DNA from: a plasmid
Direction: 5' to 3' (one strand)
DNA: 56,641 nt
Sequence record: OW849040.1
A program made the translations under genes and the position numbers. A model generated the notes under the pieces. It had not been told where the DNA came from and made no database searches. It was given only the letters and a program-made list of their open reading frames with translations. Positions 42,599-50,883 of the stretch are shown one piece after another (position 1 is the stretch's first letter; each line of letters begins with the position of its first letter).

Positions 42599-43018
42599 AT
42601 GAAGCCCAAAAGTATCAGGGCGGCACTTCAGTTGATGTTGCCGGAAATAGAAGAAATGCTGTCACTGGGAGTTTCCAGGGAGGAAATTTATAAGGCAGTT
42701 TCTGAACGCTTCGGCCTGGAAGGTGTGAACGTTCGTAGCTTTGATACGTCCCTATATAGAGCGCGGCAAATCCGGAAAAATGGAATGCACAATACACATG
42801 AAAGGATGCCGAACAATGATGATAGTGTATTGCACAATACACAAAAAGGAGGTAGCGAGAAAGGTGCAGAGGAAAGTGTATTGCACAATACACAAACGCC
42901 GCCTGAGCCTGAACCGCAAGGAAGTGAAAAAAAAGAAAGTCCCGGCATTATTGATAAAGAGTTCTTCAATAAAATCAGTGAAGATTTCGACCCTAAGATG
43001 TTCAATAAAAAATTCTGA
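42599..43018 (+). CDS. stbA: StbA-like DNA-binding plasmid stability protein
   Basis: 139 aa. First gene after the repeat arrays. Contains two copies of the 18-bp palindrome GTGTATTGCACAATACAC in its coding sequence. Confidence 0.6.
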   Translation: MKPKSIRAALQLMLPEIEEMLSLGVSREEIYKAVSERFGLEGVNVRSFDTSLYRARQIRKNGMHNTHERMPNNDDSVLHNTQKGGSEKGAEESVLHNTQTPPEPEPQGSEKKESPGIIDKEFFNKISEDFDPKMFNKKF

Positions 43019-43026
43019 GGTGATTT

Positions 43027-43743
43027 ATGAAAGTAGCGGTAATTAATTACAGTGGCAGCGTTGGTAAAACCTTAATTTCATCCTACCTGTTAGCCCCGCG
43101 TCTGACTGGAGCAAAATTCTATGCGGTTGAAACTATCAACCAGTCTGCTTCCGATCTGGGGATTGAGAATGTTTCCATTTTTAAAGGTGATGACTTTTCA
43201 CGGTTGATTGAAGATATTGTTTTTGAAGATGCCGGGATTATTGATATTGGTGCGTCAAACGTAGAAGCGTTCCTGATGGCAATGTCCCGCTTTGACAGTG
43301 GCGCGAATGAATTTGATAAGTATGTAATCCCGGTTACGCCTGATAATAAGGCCATTGATGAAAGCCTGAAAACAGCACATACGTTAAGTAAGGCAGGTGT
43401 AAGCAGCGATAAAATCATCTTTGTTCCAAACCGCATTAGTCCAGATAGTGAAGTAGAGGATGTACTGGCGCCGGTATTTGAATTTGTCAAACGAACGAAA
43501 GTTGGCAAAATCAGCAAGAAATCTGTTATTTATAACAGTGAAGTTTTCGAATATCTCGCGTATCACCGTATCTCATTCGAAGCATTGACCGCTGAAGATC
43601 CAGAAGAATTTAAAGCCCGCGCTAAACAAACAACGGATGCTGACGAGCGCAAAAAACTGGCCCGCCGTTATACCTACATGAAACAGGCAATTCCTGTTAA
43701 AGCTAATCTCGATAAAGCATATGCGGCTTTAATGGGAGAATAA
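43027..43743 (+). CDS. stbB: StbB-like ParA/Soj-family ATPase (deviant Walker A)
   Basis: 238 aa, N-terminal MKVAVINYSGSVGKT. Confidence 0.65.
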   Translation: MKVAVINYSGSVGKTLISSYLLAPRLTGAKFYAVETINQSASDLGIENVSIFKGDDFSRLIEDIVFEDAGIIDIGASNVEAFLMAMSRFDSGANEFDKYVIPVTPDNKAIDESLKTAHTLSKAGVSSDKIIFVPNRISPDSEVEDVLAPVFEFVKRTKVGKISKKSVIYNSEVFEYLAYHRISFEALTAEDPEEFKARAKQTTDADERKKLARRYTYMKQAIPVKANLDKAYAALMGE

Positions 43744-43744
43744 A

Positions 43745-44113
43745 ATGGAAAAGCAGCCAGATAAATTTGAAGTTCTGATGGATTGGTTTTTAGGTGACGC
43801 GAAGGAAATCACCGCAAGTCAGAAAGAAATGACTGAGATACTTTCTGCGCTTTCGGAAAAGCTGGCAAAAGACACCGAAAGTTTAGGAGAGACGGCAGAC
43901 TCTCTTAAACGGACTTTAGTAGAAAACCAGCGTTCAATTAGCCTGGCAATTAGTGATGATGCTAAGGCGCGTGAGGAATTTCTGACGAAGTTCCGCCGCG
44001 CGCAGGCGTCCAGAGCTGAGACGTTAACCCGTCAGATCCTTTTTATTACAGCTGGCTGCACTATTGTGGGCGCCGCCGTGGGTGCCGCGATAGCCATAAT
44101 TCTACTGAGATAA
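43745..44113 (+). CDS. stbC: StbC-like small protein, C-terminal TM helix
   Basis: 122 aa, ATGG overlap with the stbB stop. Followed by terminator 44119-44142. Confidence 0.5.
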   Translation: MEKQPDKFEVLMDWFLGDAKEITASQKEMTEILSALSEKLAKDTESLGETADSLKRTLVENQRSISLAISDDAKAREEFLTKFRRAQASRAETLTRQILFITAGCTIVGAAVGAAIAIILLR

Positions 44114-44118
44114 TGTAA

Positions 44119-44142
44119 ACCGGGCATGTCCCGGTTTTTTTT
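44119..44142 (+). terminator. Rho-independent terminator ACCGGGCATGTCCCGGT plus T8
   Basis: Read directly. Confidence 0.75.
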
Positions 44143-44260
44143 CAAGCGAAGCGCGGAGGCCGCAGGCCGGAGGCATTAGTGGCCGCCGCCCGAAGGGGCG
44201 AGACGCGTAGCGGCTCGATGCGCAGCACGGCAGAACGGCCCCGCAGGGGTAATGCCCGGT
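44140..44260. repeat. GC-rich B-type repeat copy (B family. Other copies 45780-45960, 46400-46560, 51160-51290)
   Basis: Shared blocks gcggaggccgNaggccggaggc ... ggctcgatgcgcagcacNgcagaNcggcccc with compensatory hairpin variants. Confidence 0.7.
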
Positions 44261-44294
44261 TTAATTCAACGTGACAGTCACGTGGAGGAAAAAT

Positions 44295-44639
44295 ATGAAT
44301 GACCGACAGCGTGAACAAGCCCGTATTCGCCAGGCCCGGCGCCGCGCGCGACTCAAAGAGGAAGGCGCTAGCGTGACAGTCACGCTAACAAAACAGGAAG
44401 AAGCAATGTTACAGGAGCTTTGCCGGGTTCGTCGTCCAGGACGAACAGCCTATTCCACGAATGAGTTTTTCCAACTGCTGCTGATCCGAAACTGGCAACA
44501 GTGGCAGGAGCAAAAGGCGCAGCTGGGGAAATGCCAGGCTTGCGGAAAGCTGAAAGCGGAGGGAGGTTGCGGCGGCGAACGGCAGAGCGAAACCTTTAAC
44601 TGCTGGCTAGCCGTCGAAGCAAACGAGCTTAATGTGTAG
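44295..44639 (+). CDS. Small basic Cys-containing protein, likely DNA-binding autoregulator
   Basis: 114 aa from MNDRQREQARIRQARRRARLKEE behind GGAGG RBS. Palindrome ACGTGACAGTCACGT at 44269-44283 just upstream and again inside the gene at 44370-44386. Confidence 0.45.
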   Translation: MNDRQREQARIRQARRRARLKEEGASVTVTLTKQEEAMLQELCRVRRPGRTAYSTNEFFQLLLIRNWQQWQEQKAQLGKCQACGKLKAEGGCGGERQSETFNCWLAVEANELNV

Positions 44640-44710
44640 TGTATTGTGCTATACAGAAATTGCCAAAAGCAGCGCGGAGTAATAACTGAAACGGCCGCGC
44701 AGCGGAAAGA

Positions 44711-44739
44711 AAAAAGCCCGGTCAATCCGGGTTTTTTTC
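44711..44739. terminator. Bidirectional terminator AAAAAAGCCCGG-TCAAT-CCGGGTTTTTTT between convergent genes
   Basis: Read directly. Confidence 0.7.
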
Positions 44740-44749
44740 TTTCGGCGGC

Positions 44750-45070
44750 TCAGTAATCGTCTAGATCTCCGCAGCCCAGCGGGCAACAATTACGCTCAAT
44801 ACCGTGGCTGCAATAATCGTTTTCCCGATCCTGCCGGATTTCTTCCGCGATCTCGTCTTGGGTCAGATAGTCAAATTCACGCCGCGCTACCGCGATCAGT
44901 TCTTCCCGATACTCGGCCGGAACGCCAGCAAGATAGCCGTCAATAACCGCGCTCAGGCGGCGCTGATACAGTTCATAAATCAGGCCGCAGCGGGGCTGCT
45001 GTTCGCGCGCAAAACTCTCACACTGGCGACGAAAATCTTCAAGAGTCTGCTCAAGGGTTTGTGTGGTCAT
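44750..45070 (-). CDS. Hypothetical acidic protein with C-terminal Cys cluster (CSHGIERNCCPLGCGD)
   Basis: 106 aa. Second gene of the first CUP-driven transcript, after hairpin GACCCGGC-CAA-GCCGGGTC. Confidence 0.45.
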   Translation of the reverse strand: MTTQTLEQTLEDFRRQCESFAREQQPRCGLIYELYQRRLSAVIDGYLAGVPAEYREELIAVARREFDYLTQDEIAEEIRQDRENDYCSHGIERNCCPLGCGDLDDY

Positions 45071-45124
45071 GTCGTTTGTCCTCGATCTTTCTGTTAAAGA
45101 CCCGGCTTGGCCGGGTCGTCAGTG

Positions 45125-45304
45125 CTATTTAGTTTGTTGCAGCAGCTGGTCTAATTTTGCCGCCAGTGCATACGTCGATGTGAAAGCGCCTTGCAGGCGC
45201 TGATTAGGCAGCTGGTTGAACGCTTCGAGGCAGGCGCGCAGCAATAATTCTTTCTGAGATTCGACTTCTTTTTTCAGCTGGGAAGGGGTGGTAACAGTGG
45301 TCAT
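45125..45304 (-). CDS. 59-aa hypothetical protein directly behind a CUP promoter copy
   Basis: MTTVTTPSQLKKEVESQKELLLRACLEAFNQLPNQRLQGAFTSTYALAAKLDQLLQQTK. AGGAG RBS. Not in the ORF track because under 60 aa. Confidence 0.45.
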   Translation of the reverse strand: MTTVTTPSQLKKEVESQKELLLRACLEAFNQLPNQRLQGAFTSTYALAAKLDQLLQQTK

Positions 45305-45960
45305 GCTTACTCCTTAGTGATCCGATACCGGCAATTTTTCGGGTGGCGGTATTGCCTCCCGATGATTTAATTATCGGTGATTACGCCTTTAAAGTCAATA
45401 CAAGTACGGAATTTATTTACATGTTTTTATGCCCGTCAGGGCATGGAAGGCGACCGCGCCGGACTCCACCGGACACCGGCCGCAAATCGCCGGAAACTGC
45501 GGGACTGACCGGAGCAACAGGCCAACCCCCCTTCCTGCTAAGCCATAACCCAGCCCGCCGCCACGCAGCTGCCGCACGTCCCCCACGGGGGTGCGCAGTG
45601 GGCGCCGCGCGCCTGCGCGCGGGTACGGCGGCCCGCCTGCGGGTCGCGGCGCCGTACTGCGAGTTAGCGGCCGCCGCGCGGCCGGTTACGGGGGACACCG
45701 CACCGTCACGGCCAGCGCCCCGCTGAGCTGCACAATCCACGGATAACACAATAGCGCACTGGCAAAGGATGCCGACGCCTGAAGGGCGTTGGCACCCCGA
45801 AGGGGCGGGGCGGCCGCTTGCGGCCGGGCGAGTCCGGCGCAGGGTGTGGCCTGCCAAGCGGAGCGCGGAGGCCGAAGGCCGGAGGCGTTAGCGGCCGCTG
45901 CCCGCGTAAGCGGGGCGAGACGGGAACCGGCTCGATGCGCAGCACAGCAGAGCGGCCCCG
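45305..45960 (-). repeat. Full CUP-like module: P1 promoter/operator (TTGACT-N17-GATAAT at 45370-45398 on minus strand, palindrome CCGATGATTTAATTATCGG), P2 GC-rich segment, A repeat (45541-45740), B repeat (45780-45960)
   Basis: P1 recurs at 46990-47100, 47485-47555 (partial), 48205-48432, 52680-52915 and 56100-56170, each directly 5-prime of a minus-strand gene. Confidence 0.7.
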
Positions 45961-46070
45961 AAGGGGTAACGCCCTGTGTGGCATCAGGATTTAGCACAAT
46001 GTCAGAACATAAACTGGAGAGATCACCGGCAAGCAGCTGCAAAGGGGCGGCACAGCCGCCCCGATGGCTG

Positions 46071-46178
46071 TTACTTGTCTTTGTCGCGTAGCACTTTGAT
46101 TAGGCCGGTTACGGCCGTAATCAGAGCGGCCAGCGAGGTGATGATTTGCGGTAGGTTTTCGAGGATGGTAGAGGTCAT
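46071..46178 (-). CDS. Candidate 35-aa hydrophobic peptide (MTSTILENLPQIITSLAALITAVTGLIKVLRDKDK)
   Basis: Short ORF with one predicted TM helix and a charged tail, downstream of a perfect 16-bp inverted repeat. Coding status unproven. Confidence 0.25.
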   Translation of the reverse strand: MTSTILENLPQIITSLAALITAVTGLIKVLRDKDK

Positions 46179-46399
46179 ATAGCACCTGTAGAGAAGTTGG
46201 CGGGGTGTCGTTTCCGACGGCCGCACTGTAACCGGGCGAATAAGGCAGGTTGTCAACAGCTTGAGCGAAGCGTCTGTTGACAACCTGCCGCGCCCGGTTT
46301 CACTGCGGTCATAGGCGGAACGACCCACGCCAACGGAACGGCTTTATGACCGGGCAGCTGAGATACCGGCGAACCTGGCTGGCGGCTGACGCCAGCCGC

Positions 46400-46560
46400 C
46401 AAGCGCCAGCGCGGAGGGCGAAGCCCGGAGGCCAAGCGGAGCGCGGAGGCCGAAGGCCGGAGGCGTTAGCGGCCGCTGCCCGCGTAAGCGGGGCGAGACG
46501 GGAACCGGCTCGATGCGCAGCACAGCAGAGCGGCCCCGAAGGGGTAACGCCCGGAGTCTG
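46400..46560. repeat. B-type GC-rich repeat copy
   Basis: Near-identical to 45800-45960. Confidence 0.7.
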
Positions 46561-46655
46561 CCGCTGTTTATCTCTCGTTCCATCTGAAATCGGCGGTAAG
46601 GCCATTAAAAGGGTCAGTTTATCAGGGGGGCGTTAGCCCCCCATGTTGTTAATCA

Positions 46656-46988
46656 TCAGGCAATATCGTCTTTGTAGCAGGCATAACCGAAGCTAAGCTC
46701 TGTTTTCATATAGTGGCGGGCAAAGTCCCAGGCATCGTGGCCGAAGTCCTCATAATCTGCCAGGACGATTTCGCGGGCTTTGTGCCATTGCTGTACGGAA
46801 GAAAGCGGCAGAACAGGGCAGGGAAGCGACCAGTCAGTGACGGTGTTGCAGATCATATCTGCCAGACGCTCCAGGGAGCCGTAAACCAGCTCTGTGCGCA
46901 GATCCGCCACCATGCGTTGTTTACGCAGTGATGCCAGATAATCAATCTCTTTGGTTATATCAGAATTTAAGCGGGTCTGGTAATCCAT
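46656..46988 (-). CDS. Hypothetical 110-aa protein (CUP-driven)
   Basis: AAGGAG RBS. Promoter TTGACT-N17-GATAAT at 47055-47083. Confidence 0.5.
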   Translation of the reverse strand: MDYQTRLNSDITKEIDYLASLRKQRMVADLRTELVYGSLERLADMICNTVTDWSLPCPVLPLSSVQQWHKAREIVLADYEDFGHDAWDFARHYMKTELSFGYACYKDDIA

Positions 46989-47196
46989 GATGTACTCCTT
47001 TGCGCGCCGATACCGGCAATTTTGCGGGCGACGGTGTTGCCTCCCGATGATTTAATTATCGGTGATTATGTCCTCAAAGTCAATATAAGTACTGAATGTG
47101 CATACAAAATTTTATATCTTGCAAAGCGTTCATAGAGTGCCTGAATCGCTTTCTGACAGCCTCAATAAAAAAGGCGGGGATTACCCGCCTTTTTTC

Positions 47197-47481
47197 TTAC
47201 AGCTGCTTACGTGGCTTTTTACGCGTCATATACAACGGTATCGCGCAGTCTACCGCGTACAAAAAGCACGCCAGCGCGCCGCAACCGTACAGAAACGCAA
47301 GCGGCTTATTATCGAAGTAGCTGAAAACCCCTGTCGCCGCACACAGGCCCAGAACAGAGACGCAGGCGCAGGTGATCTGCACCAGATCCCTGTATCCCGC
47401 ACGAACGATAAACCAGGGCAGGGCAAGCGCAGCGGCGCTAAAAATTAATGCGAGAGGGACAAAAACGAGATAGTGATACAT
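47197..47481 (-). CDS. Small membrane protein (94 aa, three hydrophobic segments)
   Basis: Behind a partial P1 operator/leader copy (47485-47555) that lacks the -35 part. Confidence 0.45.
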   Translation of the reverse strand: MYHYLVFVPLALIFSAAALALPWFIVRAGYRDLVQITCACVSVLGLCAATGVFSYFDNKPLAFLYGCGALACFLYAVDCAIPLYMTRKKPRKQL

Positions 47482-47549
47482 GTGAACTCCTTGATGGTTG
47501 CCGATACCGGCGATTGTTCGGGCGGCGGTATTGCCACCCGATGATTTAA

Positions 47550-47909
47550 TTAGAGGTTTTGCGCGTCCAGGAGATTGACCTGAGCCGGGGTAACGTGAAA
47601 CTTTTCCCCTTTATGGATCACGTTATGCGGGGCGCTAATTTCATCACTGATAAAGCTAACCGGGTAACGTTTTTTACCGCAAATCCGCTCGCTAAACCAC
47701 GCCACTTTTGCCGCTGGCCGATCCACTGGATGAACAATCACACCGGCCATGCTGCAACCCGTTGCGGGTTCGTCCAGCGTAATGCTTACCGGGACTGTAT
47801 CCCGGTAAAAAAACTTAACCGGCGGCACACCTGCCTGCGTAGCGGCTGCGACAACTGCAAGCCCGATAACCGCTATCCGATTAATAAGCATTTTATTCCC
47901 CTTACTCAT
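47550..47909 (-). CDS. Secreted/periplasmic 119-aa protein
   Basis: Signal peptide MLINRIAVIGLAVVAAATQA. Overlaps the stop of the upstream gene (47906). Confidence 0.45.
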   Translation of the reverse strand: MSKGNKMLINRIAVIGLAVVAAATQAGVPPVKFFYRDTVPVSITLDEPATGCSMAGVIVHPVDRPAAKVAWFSERICGKKRYPVSFISDEISAPHNVIHKGEKFHVTPAQVNLLDAQNL

Positions 47910-48202
47910 GCTGATATCACCTTGCCAGCTGTTACCAGTTTACGAAATTCGCTTTCATGAATTTCACGCCCATGCTCAAGCGTTGAATACACGTTGCCGA
48001 TAAGCCAGTTACCAGCCGTTTTTGTCTCGGTATACCACCATGCTTCTGTCAGAGTAAGCAGCGGTTCGCTATCCTCGCCCTTCTCATAGATCCAGATTTT
48101 AGTGACGTCTTTACCCGTTTCGTTGCTGCCCTGAATGGTAGGGTCAAAGGTATGTTCAATCTCTATATCGAAGTAACGCTGAAGGAAGTTAGTAAAGTGC
48201 AT
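47906..48202 (-). CDS. Hypothetical 98-aa cytoplasmic protein (CUP-driven, first gene of a three-gene unit)
   Basis: Start MHFTNF behind AGGAG RBS. The ORF track extends to 48232. Confidence 0.45.
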   Translation of the reverse strand: MHFTNFLQRYFDIEIEHTFDPTIQGSNETGKDVTKIWIYEKGEDSEPLLTLTEAWWYTETKTAGNWLIGNVYSTLEHGREIHESEFRKLVTAGKVISA

Positions 48203-48204
48203 GA

Positions 48205-48432
48205 CGACTCCTGTAAGCGCCGATACCGGCAATTTTTCGGGTGGCGGTGTTGCCTCCCGATGATTTAATTATCGGTGATTACGCCTTTAAAGTCAATACA
48301 AGTACGGAATTTATTTACATGTTTTTATGCCCGTCAGGGCATGGAAGGCGACCGCGCCGGACTCCACCGGACACCGGCCGCAAATCGCCGGAAACTGCGG
48401 GACTGACCGGAGCAACAGGCCAACCCCCCTTC
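48205..48432 (-). repeat. CUP-like module copy (P1 plus P2) truncated at its distal end by the 48433-50883 insertion
   Basis: Identical to 45305-45530 up to ...ccccccttcct, then diverges. Confidence 0.7.
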
Positions 48433-48658
48433 CTTGTATCTAACAGTTTGTGGTGATTAGCTACCACCACTGAAGCAGAGTGAGCCGCCCCCTTCCCTTA
48501 AGGTCAGAAAAGTCTGCACCGCTGAACCTTGTTTAGCAGCATATGGCCCTCCGCTTCACCTTTCACGCCAGCACATCAGGTTGAACGGTTACCGGGAGCT
48601 CGACTCCGTATGTACAAGGCGAACAGGCGTGACGGTTTATGTGAGAGGAGTTTAACCA

Positions 48659-49653
48659 TGTTTCCAGTCGGCATTGACGTAAGTAAAAACACCCTGGATC
48701 TTTGCATGCTTTATGACGGTATCAAAGGACGCATAAAAACCCGTAACATCCAAAATAACAGACATTCAGTTGAAAATATTCTTCGCTGGCTCAGGCTCCA
48801 GCACTGCGGTCCGGAAGATGTTCATGTGGTGATGGAGGCTACCGGGGTTTATCACGAACGGCTGGCTACTGAGTTACATGATGCTGGTTTCTATGTCTCT
48901 CTGGCCAACCCTCACCGTAGCAGAGAGTTTGCACGCGGCATGGGAATAATGACAAAAACGGATAAGGTGGATGCGTATATGCTGGCCTGCTACGCATTCC
49001 TTAAGAACCCTCACCGCTGGGAGCCGCCGGCACCCGAAATCAGATATCTCGGTGCACTCCTGCGACGGCGGGATGTTCTGCTGGGTGATGCCCTGCGTGA
49101 GGAGAACAGGCTGGAGAAATACCTGTCCACAGACACACCTGCAGATATTATCAGTTCCTGCATGCATATGGCGCAGCTGCTGCGCGACGAGGTAAGCAAT
49201 ATCGAGCGGCAGATTAAAGCGCATATCAAAGCCAGCCCTGCACTGAGGCGTGATTATACACTTCTGACCTCAATTAAATCTGTTGGCCCCCAGCTGGGAA
49301 TGCATATGCTGGTCGTGCTTCGCAGCCATGACTTTTCATCAGCTGAGCAGGCTGCCGCCTTTCTGGGCGTGGTGCCGATCGAGAAACGTTCAGGCACATC
49401 GGTCCGGAGCCGGCCCCGGATGTCGAAAATCGGTCCGCCTCAGTTGAGAGCGAAGCTTTACATGTCTGCGCTGTGCGGAAAAATCTACAATAAGCGGATG
49501 CGTAATATTTACGACGAGATGTGCCTGCGGGGTAAACCTAAAATGGTGGCCATTGGTGCGCTGATGCGGAAACTGGTGCACTGGTGTTATGGCGTCCTGA
49601 AGACCGGAATCGTTTTTAATGATGAAGGCCTGAAACAAGTACTGTCAACCTGA
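48659..49653 (+). CDS. IS110-family (DEDD) transposase
   Basis: 331 aa from MFPVGIDVSKNTLDLCML with N-terminal DEDD-type RuvC-like domain and C-terminal helix-hairpin-helix region typical of IS110/IS1111 transposases. GAGG RBS. Confidence 0.75.
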
Positions 49654-49788
49654 CTGTACCAGGTGGCACTAAACACAAAATAACGCTCGCTGCAGTAAGT
49701 GAGCGCAGTCTGCTATGAGCGAATAGCTGACATTCAGCTTCCGCTTATGAGTAGAATAATGGCTTTAGAGAAATGAGGAATCTGAACT

Positions 49789-50424
49789 TTATATAAAATC
49801 CTTTAACTCCTCAGCATTAATGTTCGCCAGCATTGAAGCTTTCAAGTTTGGGGATGATGCGAGATACCTCGAGATCAGGTTGAATCCTGCGGTATATCCT
49901 AGCCACCTGGGCAAATTTCCTGTTCCGAAAAACCAGGCATTATGGTCGTAATCAGTGCGATGCCAGTTTTCAAGCATTTGTGGATAGTAGGGCTGAATAG
50001 TATCGGAATGGAGGCTTTCCCAAGGCTCAGGTTCACCACCAAAAAGCTCAATAGAAAAATGCCCGGCAAGCCCTTCTGAGACTAACACCTCTCCCAACGT
50101 TGAGCCATATCCCGGCCCTGTCCACCTAACTGCATGGTGCAGTTCATGCACAAACATTCGTTCAATAGAGTGCGCATCATTTTTGCAAAATGCAGAATTT
50201 TCAGGATCAACAGTTATATAGATAACGCCAGCTTCAGGGCAAAAACCAAGATGCCCTTTTTCCGGGATGACAAACTTCCCAGCTTTAACCACCACATCCA
50301 GTGAATGAATCGGCATTAACCTTTTGGCTTGTTCGTAGGTATCAGTCAGGTTTATTTGAAGCCATTCACAGTGAGCGGTGAGTTTCTTCTGCGCATTCAG
50401 AATGTGGAGATTCATTTGAGACAT
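49789..50424 (-). CDS. HExxH zinc-metallopeptidase-like protein (Mpr-like)
   Basis: 211 aa with HELHHAVRW motif. Function inferred from motif only. Confidence 0.5.
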   Translation of the reverse strand: MSQMNLHILNAQKKLTAHCEWLQINLTDTYEQAKRLMPIHSLDVVVKAGKFVIPEKGHLGFCPEAGVIYITVDPENSAFCKNDAHSIERMFVHELHHAVRWTGPGYGSTLGEVLVSEGLAGHFSIELFGGEPEPWESLHSDTIQPYYPQMLENWHRTDYDHNAWFFGTGNLPRWLGYTAGFNLISRYLASSPNLKASMLANINAEELKDFI

Positions 50425-50883
50425 TACGGTACCACGCCAAAAGCGTCACTAAATCGCCACACATTAACACACAAAGCGAATGTCATGGTGTTGCTCAACA
50501 GTTGAGGGCCAAACCATTAACAGCAATGTCCGCATTTGGCACAAAGCAGACATTAAAGACTACAGCATCGGATGCCGCGTTAGCGGCATGGAGGCGCCAG
50601 ATGAAGCTGCATGTATCTGTGGAGTCAAATGGCGCCGAAAGCCCGGCGTAGCCGGTTACCTGGCTATAAATTCTGCCACCCTCCCCCCTGCCCTGATTAG
50701 CCTTAACCCGCTTACAGCACTGAAGAAGTTAAAGTAATCCCTTTTAACCCCGGTGAGCGGGCTTTACGGCGTTTACGACGTAAAGGGCGTGATTTCCGGG
50801 GCCTTAGCGGCGGCAGCTTGCTGCTGACGCTTAGGGGGATGTTCTTCAGTTATTTCAGCAACACCAGGGAACTTAACACGGTA

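Larger units (their letters stand above)
48433..50883 (+). mobile_element. 2.45-kb insertion exactly between the P2 and A segments of a CUP module, carrying an IS110-family transposase gene and a divergent metallopeptidase gene. Limits of the IS itself not resolved (about 48433-49780 likely)
   Basis: The CUP sequence stops at 48432 and resumes in register at 50884 (gctaagccataaccc...). IS110-family elements lack terminal IRs. Confidence 0.55.

Noticed and set aside
45417-46605. GC-rich ORFs over the A/B repeats (45417-45857, 45686-46042, 45789-46091, 46277-46636, 50773-51312, 51134-51325 and similar)
   Set aside because: They lie entirely in repeat DNA, occur in several overlapping frames, and their translations (Ala/Arg/Pro/Gly runs) mirror each other between copies. 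Hairpin covariation argues for non-coding function.
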